From: Antedon mediterranea
Lineage: Eukaryota; Animalia; Echinodermata
Direction of reading: 5' to 3'
Length of the DNA stretch: 64,000 nucleotides
NCBI RefSeq assembly: GCF_964355755.1
Contig: NC_092675.1
Span: forward strand, 15,596,912 to 15,660,911
Numbering within the stretch: position 1 is the stretch's first letter; each line of letters starts with the position of its first letter. Positions 13,901 through 26,300 of the stretch are shown piece by piece. The notes under the pieces are model-generated. The model did no database searches and was not told the DNA's origin. It worked only from the letters and a program-made list of their open reading frames with translations. The translations under genes and the position numbers were made by a program.

Positions 13901-15278
13901 TATCATGTATTTATAGTTCACTTACTTCATTCGCTGCCTGCTTTGCCTTATTTCTGTGAGGTATATAGACCGTAAAAACAATAACATGGGAAAACTCGCG
14001 CGGAATGTAGAAAGGTTGAAATGCCAACGACGAGAATCTCTGCATTCGTTGTGCATCTGTGGTATTTGCTATGTACATTATTTGGGTGGCAGTATTTCTC
14101 ATTTACATAAAGACAAACACCTCCTCTGCCATGTTTTTTTTTATGTGTCCGATCGCCTCTTACTAACTTAAAGCCATCAATATTAACATGGTCATTGTTG
14201 TGTTTTTCACCAAGCCACGTCCCAGTAAAGGCCATAATACTGGCTGATCTGAATTCATGCATGTATTCTGTAAATCCATGTAATTTGTCTATTTGTTTGA
14301 TATAGACAGTACATTCCCCATGATTACTACGGAAGGAATAAATGGTTTGGACTTGCGTCATCGGAGCCTTTTTCTCACACCTGCAACTTTCCCCATTTTC
14401 CTCTGTAGGCCTATAGGCTTTTAATGCATATTGTTTTAGGAAAAAAAGAAAAGTAGGCAAAGCTTATATTATATATAAACTTCCCAAACACTGCAAATAC
14501 ATATGGACCAGAATAGGCTGCCCCTGTTTGGCACAAAAGGTACAAAAGAGAGCATTGCGAATCATGCTAGGTAACAACTATTTGTGCTATGATCATGCAT
14601 TATCTGTTACTGGATTACCTGCTCTTTTAGAGAGAAGAAACAAACTGGTGTTGTCTTTCGGGGAATGCTTATTAAAATCCGAGATGTTTAGAGAAATACT
14701 TCCCCCTCTTCATAAGCCAGCTCTCAGAGTCAACCGCTTTCTCGAAGTATCTAAATGTAAAACCAGCAGACTTAGGTCGTCTCCAGTTCCCACCATGGTG
14801 GATATAATTAATAGGCACCACCAGGTGTTTTTTTTTTTCTCGTTTAGTCAATGGGCCTTGTTCGATTCCTTGTTGTAATTTGGCACCCCAGTATTTTTAA
14901 GATATTTTTAAGTGAATGTTTTGAGGTTTTTTGTTATGTATGTTTTCTTAATTCATTGTACGATAGTTAATTTTAATAGGATGTTTCTATTTTTATAGCA
15001 ATTTTAACTAATTTTTATATATTTGTAATGCAATTCATTTCAGTCCTTGACTGTTGTTTTGTAATATATATATAAATATATTATATGGGTACAAAGTATC
15101 TTAGTTTTATACATGTTTTTAATTAATTTTTAATTAATCATTTTTTTTCAGTGTTGTAGCCAGTTTAATATATTCCTACTACACCTTTATAATGAAGCAA
15201 AAACCAAAAGAACCCTTATCTTTAGATCAAATCAAAGTGAATGGACAGAAACATCAAACCACAGAGCCTTGTAACTGA
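1867..15278 (+). CDS. SLC35D1: UDP-sugar transporter, SLC35D1/D2 (fringe connection)-like; 5'-partial spliced gene
   Basis: Nine GT-AG exons with consistent phases: 1867-1953, 2635-2702, 3969-4040, 4411-4479, 7700-7802, 8412-8572, 11321-11399, 11662-11744, 15152-15278. They encode [56 protein letters not shown], collinear with recalled SLC35D1/D2. The D1 vs D2 assignment is not resolvable. Confidence 0.93.
2635..2702 (+). CDS. SLC35D1: SLC35D exon
   Basis: ccag|[22 protein letters not shown]|gtaagg. Confidence 0.9.
3130..3600 (+). mobile_element. Decayed non-LTR retrotransposon RT fragments (Rex1/L2-like)
   Basis: About 3182-3290 translates [15 protein letters not shown]...DRFQFAY, a typical LINE RT domain motif, with stops and deletions. 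Boundaries approximate. Confidence 0.6.
3969..4040 (+). CDS. SLC35D1: SLC35D exon
   Basis: gacag|[23 protein letters not shown]|gtgagt. Confidence 0.92.
4411..4479 (+). CDS. SLC35D1: SLC35D exon
   Basis: ttggtag|[22 protein letters not shown]|gtttgt. Confidence 0.88.
4687..6985 (+). mobile_element. Penelope-like retroelement (RT + GIY-YIG endonuclease), frameshifted, intronic
   Basis: ORFs 4687-5904 and 5864-6874 carry [50 protein letters not shown], and C-terminal VVYKFKC..C..SYVGYT.RHL..RIVEH (GIY-YIG). Frameshift near 5860. Confidence 0.93.
6878..7550. repeat. ~360-bp tandem duplication (Penelope 3' UTR plus an antisense CR1/L2 3' fragment)
   Basis: GATGTTAGACAATAG starts at both 6878 and 7238. 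Each unit includes a minus-strand peptide [23 protein letters not shown] typical of CR1/L2 ORF2 C-termini. Confidence 0.85.
7700..7802 (+). CDS. SLC35D1: SLC35D exon
   Basis: ttcag|[34 protein letters not shown]|gtaagt. Confidence 0.92.
7894..8053. mobile_element. ~120-160 bp MITE, PIF/Harbinger-like
   Basis: TIR consensus AGCTCTGTCTACACTATCAAAC...GTTTGATAGTGTAGACAGAGCT. Other copies at ~19559-19675, 36776-36913, 42008-42043 (partial), ~43057-43172 and 43888-44005. TAA/TTA-like flanks suggest Harbinger (inference). Confidence 0.8.
8412..8572 (+). CDS. SLC35D1: SLC35D exon
   Basis: ttcag|[18 protein letters not shown]...[10 protein letters not shown]|gtatgt. Confidence 0.92.
8992..10709 (+). 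mobile_element. Solo diverged copy of the ~1.55 kb Helitron/Helentron-like family
   Basis: 5' TTATTGGTTATCCGC..GCAGGATAACC; body homologous to 59800-61388; 3' GGATAACC, degenerate CTCGTC/TGACAAG hairpin and CTAG at 10706-10709. An unrelated segment lies at ~9160-9480. Confidence 0.8.
10880..11160 (-). mobile_element. CR1/L2 LINE 3' fragment
   Basis: ORF 10890-11156 contains [21 protein letters not shown]...FK, a CR1/L2 ORF2 C-terminal motif. Confidence 0.65.
11321..11399 (+). CDS. SLC35D1: SLC35D exon
   Basis: tttcag|[26 protein letters not shown]|gtaagt. Confidence 0.92.
11662..11744 (+). CDS. SLC35D1: SLC35D exon
   Basis: tttcag|[27 protein letters not shown]|gtaaga. Confidence 0.92.
11947..13082. 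mobile_element. Unclassified TIR element hosting a nested MITE
   Basis: 19-bp inverted repeat TATACAAATAATGAATGTT (11947-11965) / AACATTCATTATTTGTATA (13064-13082). Confidence 0.65.
12257..12882. mobile_element. MITE with TTAA target duplication (Kolobok-like)
   Basis: ttaa|AGACACCTTCCCTA...TAGCGAAGGTGTCT|ttaa. A TTAA TSD with purine-purine termini fits Kolobok better than piggyBac. Confidence 0.75.
13582..13626 (+). ncRNA. Minimal type I hammerhead ribozyme motif (one core mutation)
   Basis: CTGCA-CTGACGA-GATCTAATAAAATC-GAAC-CAGTACTG-TC-TGCAG: stem I, core, stem II, palindromic stem III and GUC site. GAAA is mutated to GAAC. Confidence 0.7.
13715..14460 (-). mobile_element. LINE apurinic endonuclease fragment (L2/Rex1-like), frameshifted
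   Basis: [24 protein letters not shown] and [19 protein letters not shown] across overlapping ORFs. Confidence 0.75.
14500..15060 (+). mobile_element. CR1-type LINE 3' fragment
   Basis: [23 protein letters not shown]...[12 protein letters not shown], a CR1 ORF2 C-terminus, followed by a T-rich UTR. Confidence 0.7.
15152..15278 (+). CDS. SLC35D1: SLC35D terminal coding exon
   Basis: tttcag|[16 protein letters not shown]...TEPCN*. Confidence 0.88.
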
Positions 15279-15603
15279 CAACTAAAAAGAAGACAACCTA
15301 TCTACCATCAACAATAACACATTCTTCGTTATTAATTATCCCAATTATTAATATTAATGTGACAAAACTCTGATAATACTGTTACTATGTATTGATGTAT
15401 CCAAAGAGATAGTTCAGCATTTCATTTTATAATATTAGCGATTGGGCATCTATTTCAAAATCTAGGATCCACGGTTATGATTATGATACAGTAGTACATT
15501 ATTATATAAGGAACTATCCAATTGATAGTATTGAATTTCGTGAGCTAAACAGAACAAAACACTACAAAGAAAGATTGTAAGAAACATGCCAGTCGAGCTC
15601 TTA

Positions 15604-15894
15604 AGCCTGTTTTCCACTAGGCAAATTAAGTTCGCACAAATCCACTGTTTCATTTTGATTCGCACGAGTGCTCATGAACGCGTCATAACTCATTACCTGA
15701 GCTCTGGTTAGTTGATTTTTTGTTTGCCTCTCAAAAAGTAGAAACTATTCCAACTACAAATTTCGCTGGAGCGAAAAACTCAAGCAACTAGAATTCGTCG
15801 CAGAGAGGGATTTGAAGGATGGAAACATGAATACACAATACGTATAAGCTGACACTTTTGATTCACACGAACATTCGCCTAGTGGAAAATTGGC
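15604..15894. mobile_element. MITE (Harbinger-like); related remnant at ~45790-46000
   Basis: TIR GCCTGTTTTCCACTAGG / CCTAGTGGAAAATTGGC. The motif CGTATAAGCTGAC..TTTGATTCACAC..CTAGTGGAAAA is shared with 45950-46000. Confidence 0.6.
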
Positions 15895-17329
15895 AGTCAT
15901 TTAAATTGTCTCGAAAATGAATAACAAATATAAACCCCCGTGATTCATAGAAATCAATTCAGTATAACATGGATATCATCACTATGCCATTATAATCCTA
16001 ATTTATTGATAAAACTAGATGTTTTAGTGTGCTAATTTGGTATTATGCTATTTGAATATGCCATGGTGTATAAAGGTACAAATCTCAATAGTTTCAGGAT
16101 AACTTAATTGAAATATAGTATAATATATAATAAAATTGTTTATGCTTGTTACAACCGTTAATGTAGAAATTGTCAACTAATGTAAAAATTAAGAGAGATG
16201 GTTGCTTACAAGGGGTGGAAAGACTGATAGCAAGTAAAGATCGATGCATTTGCATATGATTTAGACATTTTTGTAAAATATATAACATTTTCTACATTAG
16301 CTGGCGATAGTAACTACAAAAAGCTGGTGTTGATTATTATTTACTACATAAGCTATTGGTGTTTCTACATTAGCTGGAGGTTTTACTACATTAGCGGTTG
16401 TAACACTGCTGAACCCACTGTCTATTATAGTGACACAAGAGAGGAATTTTGATACTAAATTCGTTGTTTCCATTACGTATAGTTATTTTATTTATACAAC
16501 CCATCAGCTTTAGTATATTTTTATATAATGTATCATTGTATCATTGTATCATCTTCTTAAAGTTTTTTTTTTTTTAAGTTTTATATTTTGATAATGCTTC
16601 ATTGCAGTTAGTGTTTAACCTAATGCAGTAATTACTTTACTTAGACATTAATAGTATTGCCATATTATATGTTATACATAATTGGTGTAATTTAGCTATT
16701 CTAATAAATTCATTTTTTTGAATGAAAAGAAGTTGTATTTTTTTAACTTTGACCAAGTGTGTTTCTATTCAATTTGTCATTTGGCATTATAAGTATGAAT
16801 GCCTTAATATTTATCTTTAATACTAATATGTCAAAACAGAGTCTAGAATCTAGAATAGCAGTTTACTAGCATAACATGTGGTAAAAGGTCTGTCACAGCT
16901 GTACCATAATAGTCTTTGTGTGCATGTTAATGTGTAGAATGACTTTTCCACTTTTTACAATTACAACAAAAATACATTACATTTTATATATAAAATATAT
17001 ATTTTCTGTATTAATGGGAAGAATAATGGCAACTTCACAAAAACAATGTGTACACTTGTTTATACTGATTACAGTAAACTCATTCATGCCTATTAAAATA
17101 AAGAGTACACTATTATACTGTAATGCATACAATTTAAAAAATTACATTTACAGACACTCCTATTTGAATATATATGTAGAGCTGTATAGTCAGCCACTGT
17201 AACTAAACAAAATACTGTACAGTAGTAATCACATCATTGGTAGGTTAAATGGTGTAAATATGCTTACAGAACAGTAAATTCAAAAGAATTTCAGAAGAAT
17301 TCCTATGTTGTTGTGAGGATTGATGACCA

Positions 17330-17590
17330 CCAATAAACTGTGCGTGCTGTAACCTAACCTAGTTATATACCAGCACGTATACTTATAATATTCGCTCTCA
17401 ATGCTTGTAAGCGCTTCACATTATTACCTCGGTAATTTTTTTTTTACCAAACACGTATAATGCACCTAGTAATCAGGGCAAAGTTGTGTCTTGATCCAAC
17501 TGAGTACCCATTTTTTAAGTAAAGTATCTTGCCTAATGCGGCGAGAGTTGGATTCGAACTCAAAATCCAACGTCCAACACATGCCACATA
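17330..17590 (-). mobile_element. Degenerate tRNA-derived SINE
   Basis: Minus-strand B-box-like GAGTTCGAATCC, then GGCAAGATACTT and AAATGGGTAC, similar to the SINE at 29224. Confidence 0.5.
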
Positions 17591-20179
17591 TGAACTTTCA
17601 CTCATACATCATGAATTTTATTGTAAAAAAAGAAAGAAATTTGACAACATATTCCATTTGAGTGTTCATTAAAATTGATTTATTATACAGGAAAAGGCAT
17701 ATTCCTAATACAATAAAAAAAGAAATAGTATATATTATGATATATAACGAGACCAACATATTTCACAATGTATATAATTTTAAAACAGCAACATGTAATA
17801 ATATTTGAAACCAACATTTGACCAAAAGTAGAATATAATAAAACTGCAAACTGGTATGATGTATGCAATAACAATAGAAGTATTATAATGATAATGAATA
17901 ATATAGTAATATTATCTTGAAAAATGTTAGTTTGCTGTTAAACACACGAGATAGAATAAATACCCTGTGTAGAAATAAAATTAAAAAATCAATGCTGGCA
18001 TTCTACGACCCTTTAAATCATTAACATATTTAAGTAGTTATTATTCAATGAAAAAAAAAACACAACTTTTCATTTGTTTATTTACTTTTTTAAAATGGTC
18101 AAAGTATTTGAAGTGAGTATTGAAACGTAAGTTATGTTTGTTAGTGGTTATATGTTAATATTCATTACAAAACTGGATTTAATACAAAAATCTATTTCTT
18201 TTTAGAGAATGAGGTAAAAATAACATATAAAACTAATTGTTATCTCATTGTTACATTGTTCTTGTGTTACATATTAAATGCATCCTTCAACTATTTTTTG
18301 GCATCATTTATTATAATATTTTAAATGCGTTATTTGATGGAGTTATTAAGTAAATCAAAATATTAATACAACTGCACTAATTTAAAATCAGATGAACATC
18401 AAAAACAAAATCACGTTCATAAATCATATTTTATATGAAAAATAAAGCTGACTATTACGGATTTACAACAATCATAAGTATATTTAGAAATTATATGTAA
18501 ATAAAATGAATACAATAAATAGAACACTTTACAGTAATACACTACACTTAAATACATAATCATACATCAAACTATCGTGGTTGACAATGAAATAAATATC
18601 AAGTTTTTGAAAATCAATTTACATGATTGTGATTTTACATTGGTCTTTAGTAAATTTCACCAATGATTCTAACCGAATTCTGAAAGGAATCTTCTACATT
18701 TGATTTTAATCCAAACATTATTAATTTCCCATATAAGATATAGAATTAACATTGCATTTTATTGTATTATCCATATTGTGTGACAATTACTTATAATTAC
18801 TTTGCATCCAACTACTCATCTCATCATAAGACATCTCTCAAAATCACATGCATCCTTAATCTTTTATTTTTATCAAATAAATTTCTCCAAAAAATATCCA
18901 ACCAATCATTAATATTATCTCATTAAAACTTGATTATTAAGAATAATGTTTAACCTTAGACATATCCAAAATATTATTTATTTACAATTTTATAATATAG
19001 TAATAGTATAGTAATTTATATAGCTGTACTGAAGGAAACTAAAAGAGAGCTGGTTTTAAACATTACGCTCTCTAAAAGGCAAAAGCCTCAACATAGCAAT
19101 CCCTCCAGCCCCATATACACCTAAAAATAAGGTTTATTTCTCGTAATAGTAATTTATACATTACTGCACAACACTTTAACTTCTCTCTCTTGTATTTACA
19201 AATCTCAACTAGAAGACTTTAGCAAGTTATACCCATGTCTTATTTACACCATTGAGACCTACATCAGTATGTGATTTTTCCACTACATTTTTAATTGATT
19301 ACACACTGGGTAAAATATTCCTAAATGTTAGCCATGTTTAGATGTAATGGACAATGTAATCTGTGATAGCATGTGGTAATAAAATGTAGTAAAATTTGGT
19401 TCAACAACACTCACTACATAATCAATAGCACCTGCAGTAATTTGCATATTATCTTATTTAACCTAGTAAAGTTAATATTAATTATCAATATCAATCAATA
19501 ATTATGTTTTGCATGCTGCTCCTTAAATGAAACCATTTTACAAGATAGCTATTAATTAAGCTCTGTCTACACTATTAAAACGAGTTTGACAAAAAAGTGT
19601 GATGTGCCCAAATTATGGTAGTGATACGACATCATTGTGTTCATATATGGGCACATCACCTTTTTTGTCAAATACCAGGACAGAGTCATGATCAGTTGAA
19701 TTTAATAAAGATATAGAGCACCATTCTCTAAATATACTGATCGGGTTCAGTATATGAAAAACTGAATAGAAAGTTTTACATACAACATTATAATTCTACA
19801 TTCAACATAAACACTGCTAATCATAATACAAAAGAATAAAACAACAAAATACAATATACTTAACACAATCCATAATTACAATATAATCTGTAACAACATG
19901 TTTAAATTGTGAAATAATAATGGTTGTCATTCCTCGATATCCTTTGATATCTCTTGTTATCTGTAGGATGTGGATAGTTTGCTGAACTGATGGTTATTGC
20001 CTATTCACAATGGCTCTGCACAGTTCATAGTGCAAGAAACAGTGATCAGACAATTCTGTATCTAAAAATTCATATGCAATGTTTTTGTAGTTAAAATAAA
20101 CAACATTTGACAAAAACATAAAAGGGAAGATGTATTATTATATATATAAACAATTTATAATCTCAATTCATAACAAGAC

Positions 20180-20317
20180 TTATCGGTTCATCGAGTTTGT
20201 CCCCGTTACTGCTTGTGATCTTTTCTGTGAAGCTTGTCGTTGGCGGGCAAGGAAAGATTGTCCACCTCCAGAGTGGATTAGCCGGTCTTCAGCTGCTTTT
20301 CGGTGAAGATTCATACC
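20180..20317 (-). CDS. HOOK3: Hook terminal coding exon
   Basis: ctatag|GMNLHRKAAEDRLIHSGGGQSFLARQRQAS...SMNR*. Confidence 0.92.
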   Translation of the reverse strand, partial: GMNLHRKAAEDRLIHSGGGQSFLARQRQASQKRSQAVTGTNSMNR

Positions 20318-23300
20318 CTATAGTATGCAATAAATATTATTTCAATTACCATATTTATTCAAATAAATGTGATGTTTGAATAAATGCCCTGCTCTGAATA
20401 AACGCTCAAATCAAATCAACCCCGACCCCACTTCGAATAAACGGTCAGCCACATGCATATATACAAAATATTGTATCACAACACACTTTTATTTGTAGTA
20501 GAATTCATTGATTGACATGATCTACAATTTACCAAGCATGTTGATACAATTTTTACTGTATTACAGTATATCACCTCTTTATATAAAAAAATTAAATTTG
20601 TTTAACTAGGGGTATTTATTTGATTATACAAGGTACCACTACCATATTACACCAAATAGTTAGGGACCCAGAAAGGGGTTACCTGCACCCTCTAGCAAAC
20701 TAGTGTTATGTTTTTTTGCTTTCTTATATCAATACAAAACAATTTTTTGCTGTTGGACAAAAAAAAATTGGGATGCTTGGTCACTACAGGGGCTAAAAGT
20801 TAGGACTTTGCGTAAAAGTGGACGGAAACCGCTTTTCAGACCAATAATCAAGAAATTGGCCATATGAATATCTCAGCAACCACTGGTCAGAAAATGATAA
20901 TTGTGATCTCAAATTACTTTCAAAGTATTAAATTATATTATTATTCGACTAGACGTACCTTTTATTTTGTATCAGCAGCATATACAGTAATTTTTACAAC
21001 AATATTTCTATAAGGGTAATCTAATTAATCATAATGAACGCAAAACTCAGAAGATACATATATCTATTCACTATTCACAAATTTTGGCAAATTTGACTTA
21101 TTATTTTATTTTTGACCATTGGTCAAGAAAATGGTCATATCAATATCTCAGCAACCACTAGTCAGAAAGTTATAATTTTAGTCTCAAATTACTCGCAATA
21201 TATATATTTATATTTGCTCTAATACAACAGAAATACACAAAATGTTTAAAAACACCTTATTTTGACATTTAACCTATAGCTGGTACAAACATTTTTGCGT
21301 GGAGCACACATACATTTTTAATAATTAGCAAATATTGATGTCTTGCTTAATATCAAAATATCAGTGGTTGTTGTGTGCATATGGTATATACTATGGATAC
21401 TTTGTATTGAAAATCTATGGCACGCCAGGACGGACATAACTATGTCAAGTTGACCTCGTTCGTGTTATGTAGACATTGCTCGTGTTGAGTTTACACATCG
21501 CTCGTAATAATAATAATAATTCATTGAAACTACACCTTTACAACGGTGGCACCCGTTCATACACGGTGCGTTCTATATACAGATAGACATTCAACAGATA
21601 CAAATTAATAAATACAAACAGATACAGAATAAAACTAGTCAACCGCCGACTTGATCGCCATCGTAGTCGTACGTCACTTATGCAATATACAATGAGTTAA
21701 AAAGAAAAGTGGTACAGTAACTGAAAAAAAATATATTGTACCAAAATTTAAAAATAGTAATATTAAAAACTCAAAATAAAAAGATCTCTATACTGCAACA
21801 AAACAAAAACATTACATGCTATCTGCGAGTTGTATAAGATTGTTTCGTATTTTCCATGATCTTGTTAGGTATACTTTACAAAATTTGTCAAGACTCAATA
21901 GAACATTATTACTGAGGGGTAGTGTATCCGTCCCCAGAACATATAACATTTTTTCGTCATTATTACTCGTGCAGAATGTTTCCCAAACATCTAACTCGTT
22001 ATGAAAAATTAAGTCTTGTTTAAGTATATTTAGCTGTTCTTCTCTTACACATTGTAATGTATCACAACTAAATAAAAAGTGAGATATGTCCTCTATATTT
22101 CCAGAGTTACATAATGAACAGAGACCATCATTATCCACGGTCCATTTACTTAATTTAAAATTTAAAGGGAGAGTATTGGAACGGGCTTGAAATTTAAGAC
22201 GGGTACCATTAAAATTTGTTTTATCAAGTAAAAACTTTTCAAGATCCGGCTTTGATTTTAACTTTGCATAAAAAGATAGCGACGATTTAGATGCGAGGTC
22301 CTCTGACCATTGATTATTTACATTATCTAAAATATTTTGTTTCAGTAAATTAAACCAATTTTCCATAGTGCGATTTTTAATAACATTGTTAAAAATATGC
22401 ATGCATTCAAATCTACAGAAAGTGGTTCGTACACAACTAAGAAATTTAAATCGTAATTCTTTTGTGTTGTAATTAAGCATAGTCTTGTACAATAGGTTGG
22501 GCCATTGTTTCTCATTTAACCAGACTAAACGTTCAAAGAATTTTAGTTGTAATATGTTATGAGATACGGTTAAGGGTATCCATCGTAAATCTCCATATAA
22601 GGCCACTTTGGGTGTATACACTGGTGCTTTTAAAATATATCGTGCCATCTGCATTTGAAGCCGTTCCCGTCTCTCAATATCTGAATTGGACCCTCCAGTT
22701 CAAACAGAGCAAGCAAAATTAATAGAAGGTAAAACAACATTGTCAATATGCGGATGTTCACATAAATTTCTCAATATTAGCACTCCTAGATATTGGTAGG
22801 TGTCTGTTTCTGTGATGTGATGTTTGCCAAGATCCCATTGTTTATATTTATTTATCTTTTTTCCAAATTCATAGTTAAAATTAATTTTCCAATCATTTGA
22901 AAAATCACCTGCTAATTTAAGCATCTTTTTAAGGTCATGCTCATTATTGGCAATTAGCACGACATCATCAGCCCAGAAAAGACTACCCATCCATTTATCT
23001 TGAATCTTAACACCAACATTATTAAATTCATTAATAAAAATGGAAAAGAGTACAGGAGATAGAGTACATCCCTGTTTAACTCCTTGATCGATTACAAATG
23101 AATCATTAGAAATGTTTCAAAATTGTACATATCCTTCAACATTTTTATATAATTTGTCAATATGTTTCCATATATTACCCCTAATACCACAATTCCATAT
23201 AGCTTTTAGTAGCCCTTCTCGCCATACACTGTCGAATGCCTTTCGGAAGTCCAGGAAAGCCATATAGGTGTTTTTCCCTTCTGCAAATCTGCAGGCAACA

Positions 23301-26300
23301 ATACTTTTTAATGTAAAAATGTGATCCTCACACCTATGCTGTGCGCGAAAACCTCCCTGTACTTCCAAAAGGACATCGCCTTCTTCAAGAAAATCGGTTA
23401 TTGAGAAAGCAATAATCCTATTGAAAATCTTAGATATACAGGAAGTCAAAGAAATACCTCTATAATTATTTAAGTCTAACCTATTTCCTTTTTTGAAAAT
23501 AAGGATAATAGTAGATTTGTTCCATTCATTTGGAATTTCTCCTAGTTCGATAATTCTTTGGAACATAAACAAAAGAGAGTATTCAATATAAACACCCCCA
23601 TTTTTTAGGAGTTCGTTTGTAATTCCGTCTGGCCCTGACGCCTTATTATTTTTGGCATGTGCAAGAGCAATAGAAACAGTATTAATATTTAATTTGATAT
23701 TATGTAGGAATGATTCCGAGTGTTCATTACTATTTGCATTATTATCATTAATATTAGTATTATTATTAGAATTTTCTGAACTTAGATCGGAACGTACCTT
23801 CTGGATAAACATCGACGTGTTAAGTGAGATGCAATCAGACATATTCATATGCATTGTTCCTAGAGTTTCCCAGTATTGTTTTACTGTTTGGTTCATTTTA
23901 ACTTTTTCCGTAATAATTTCGTCCGAAAAAGGTGATTTAATACAACTGACCACTTCCTGTTTATGTTTAGGGCCTCTTAGGGCTTTCCAGAAATCTTTAC
24001 ATCTTGGTCCACCTTTATTAGCAATTTTAATTGAATTATCGACTCTTTTCTTGTTAATCTTTTGTTTAATTAAAATTTTAGTATCGGCACGTTTTTCCAG
24101 GTAATTATTCCATAAAAATTCTGAAGTAGCATTATCTTTATCTTCTCTTTTAATGTACTTTCTACGCGTTCGTGCAGCATTTTTGCTACGTTTTATTGCA
24201 ATATCAGCTTCTTTATCAAACCATGGTTTATGTTTATTATTAATTACTCTCTTTCCAATTCCATTTACCGCAGCTGAAATAACAATTGACTTCCATGTTT
24301 CCCAAATGTCATTAACATTATTGAAGTTGTTAACAATAACATCCCAGTTATCAAAGCCTAAAGTTCAGTTCTTGGTGGTAAGCAGAATAATCTTGACCTT
24401 TATGTGTATCCCAAATGACTGACTTATTCTTTCTTTCACCTAAACTATACTGATTATTTTCATAATTAATTAAATTTAGGATCAACATGTAATGATCACT
24501 ACCAATACTATAATGCCTAAGTTCGTCTACTATTAGCTTACTAATCTTATTAAGAATACATTTAGAAGAGAGCATATAGTCAATTGTACTGGTCTGATTA
24601 CCTTTTACCCATGTTATTTTCCCTTCACAGAAGATAGTACGATTCAGTATTTCTAAACTAGAATTATTACTGAACTCTAGTAACTTAATTCCGTTTGAGT
24701 TTAAAGTTCTATCACCATTTACAATTGCATTGCCTATCCAACCATTAAAATCGCCTATTATCAGGATAGAGGGGTTATCCTTTTCGTTAATATTTTCTAT
24801 CTTTAAAATTTCTAATAAGAGTTGATTATATAATTCTGCAGTCAACTCTTTATTAACTCCCTCGACGGGAAAATATACAACGGCAATATAAAAAGGTTTG
24901 TTATTAATATTCATTTTTAGCCACATCCTTTCATATTCATCTAAATTGCTTTCAAATAAGTTTTCATCGAGTACAACAATATCATTAGACACAAATAGGC
25001 CAATACCCCCTCCATTCTTAAGCTTCCTATTTTTACCGAACCATTTATACCCATTAACAGAGACTGCCAGATCGTTTCTTAAAAATGTCTCAGTGACACC
25101 AAAGATATCTATATTATTGTTATATAAAAGGATGAAACTTCATACATTTTAGGTCTGAGATGATTAACATTATTAAAGGCAATTTTAAGAGTTGACTCTT
25201 TAAAAGGTGTTTACCTTTTTTACCTCCTCTTCTATGTCGATAGTTCTTTTTGGAGTTCGAGCTAGATGGTGATTCAATCAATTCTGCTATATTGGTTCCA
25301 TGTGTGATTGTGAGTTCATCATTTAAATAGCAAAATCTATTGTCCTCATGACGTTCGTAGTGTTTTGAAAAGTTGCAGGCTGTATCCTATGGGGACCGGT
25401 CGTTGTGTAACCCGTCTCGTTGCTGAGTACAGTTGTATGCTTTGTGCCCTATCTTGTGGCAAGTGAAACATTTTATCGCGTGATTGTAGTGTGATTTGTT
25501 AGACCACACTTCTGACAACGCGATACATAGCTTTGTGACAGGCGTTTTCCTTTTGTTGTTTTCGTAACATTGTGTCCTCTATTGTCTTTCCGCTTCCGTT
25601 GTGCTATCTTGTAAGTGTTCGCGTCATTTACTCTTGTTTTAATAATGTTATGTACCATATCGATGTTGTGAATTAAGGTTCGCGTGCCTTCCTTGGAGAG
25701 ATGCAAGCCACTACCGTTAAGGTTCCTTCTTGTTAAAGATCCATTTTTAAGCTTAAACGTTTGATCATGATCGACGAACTCGCAACGATGGGAGTCTTCG
25801 CGATTTCTTTGATTGCATCATTAAAGTCGTTGACAAGTAGTTGGTATTGCGGGTTATCAGATCTTGGACATACAGATGAGATTAATAATGAGGCGTTAGG
25901 TAGATCAGATTTCAACTCTTCTATCATGCCTTTGAAATCGGTAATTCCTTGGTTACACTTTTCTTCGGATACACAGTTATTTGTACCCACACGTATTACG
26001 ATATTTTCATAATGGTGGTCTGACTTGCTGATAACACTCAATTTATTCTTTATATCACATACTTTTGCACCTCTCATGCAGATGACTTTGGTTGTTTGAA
26101 GTCCTCCTTCATTTATATCCTTTACCATTGAGTCGCCGATTATTAGTTTCAATTTTTCATTAGGCTTATTTTCGGGTCTTCCTGATGACTTTGAATGGGA
26201 ATGTTTCGATGAAGAAGGTTGATTCACACTGTCTGTGCGAGGCGTATCTTTCGTTGTAGTTGTTGACTGCATGCGTAATTGCGATTGCATGTTTGTAATT

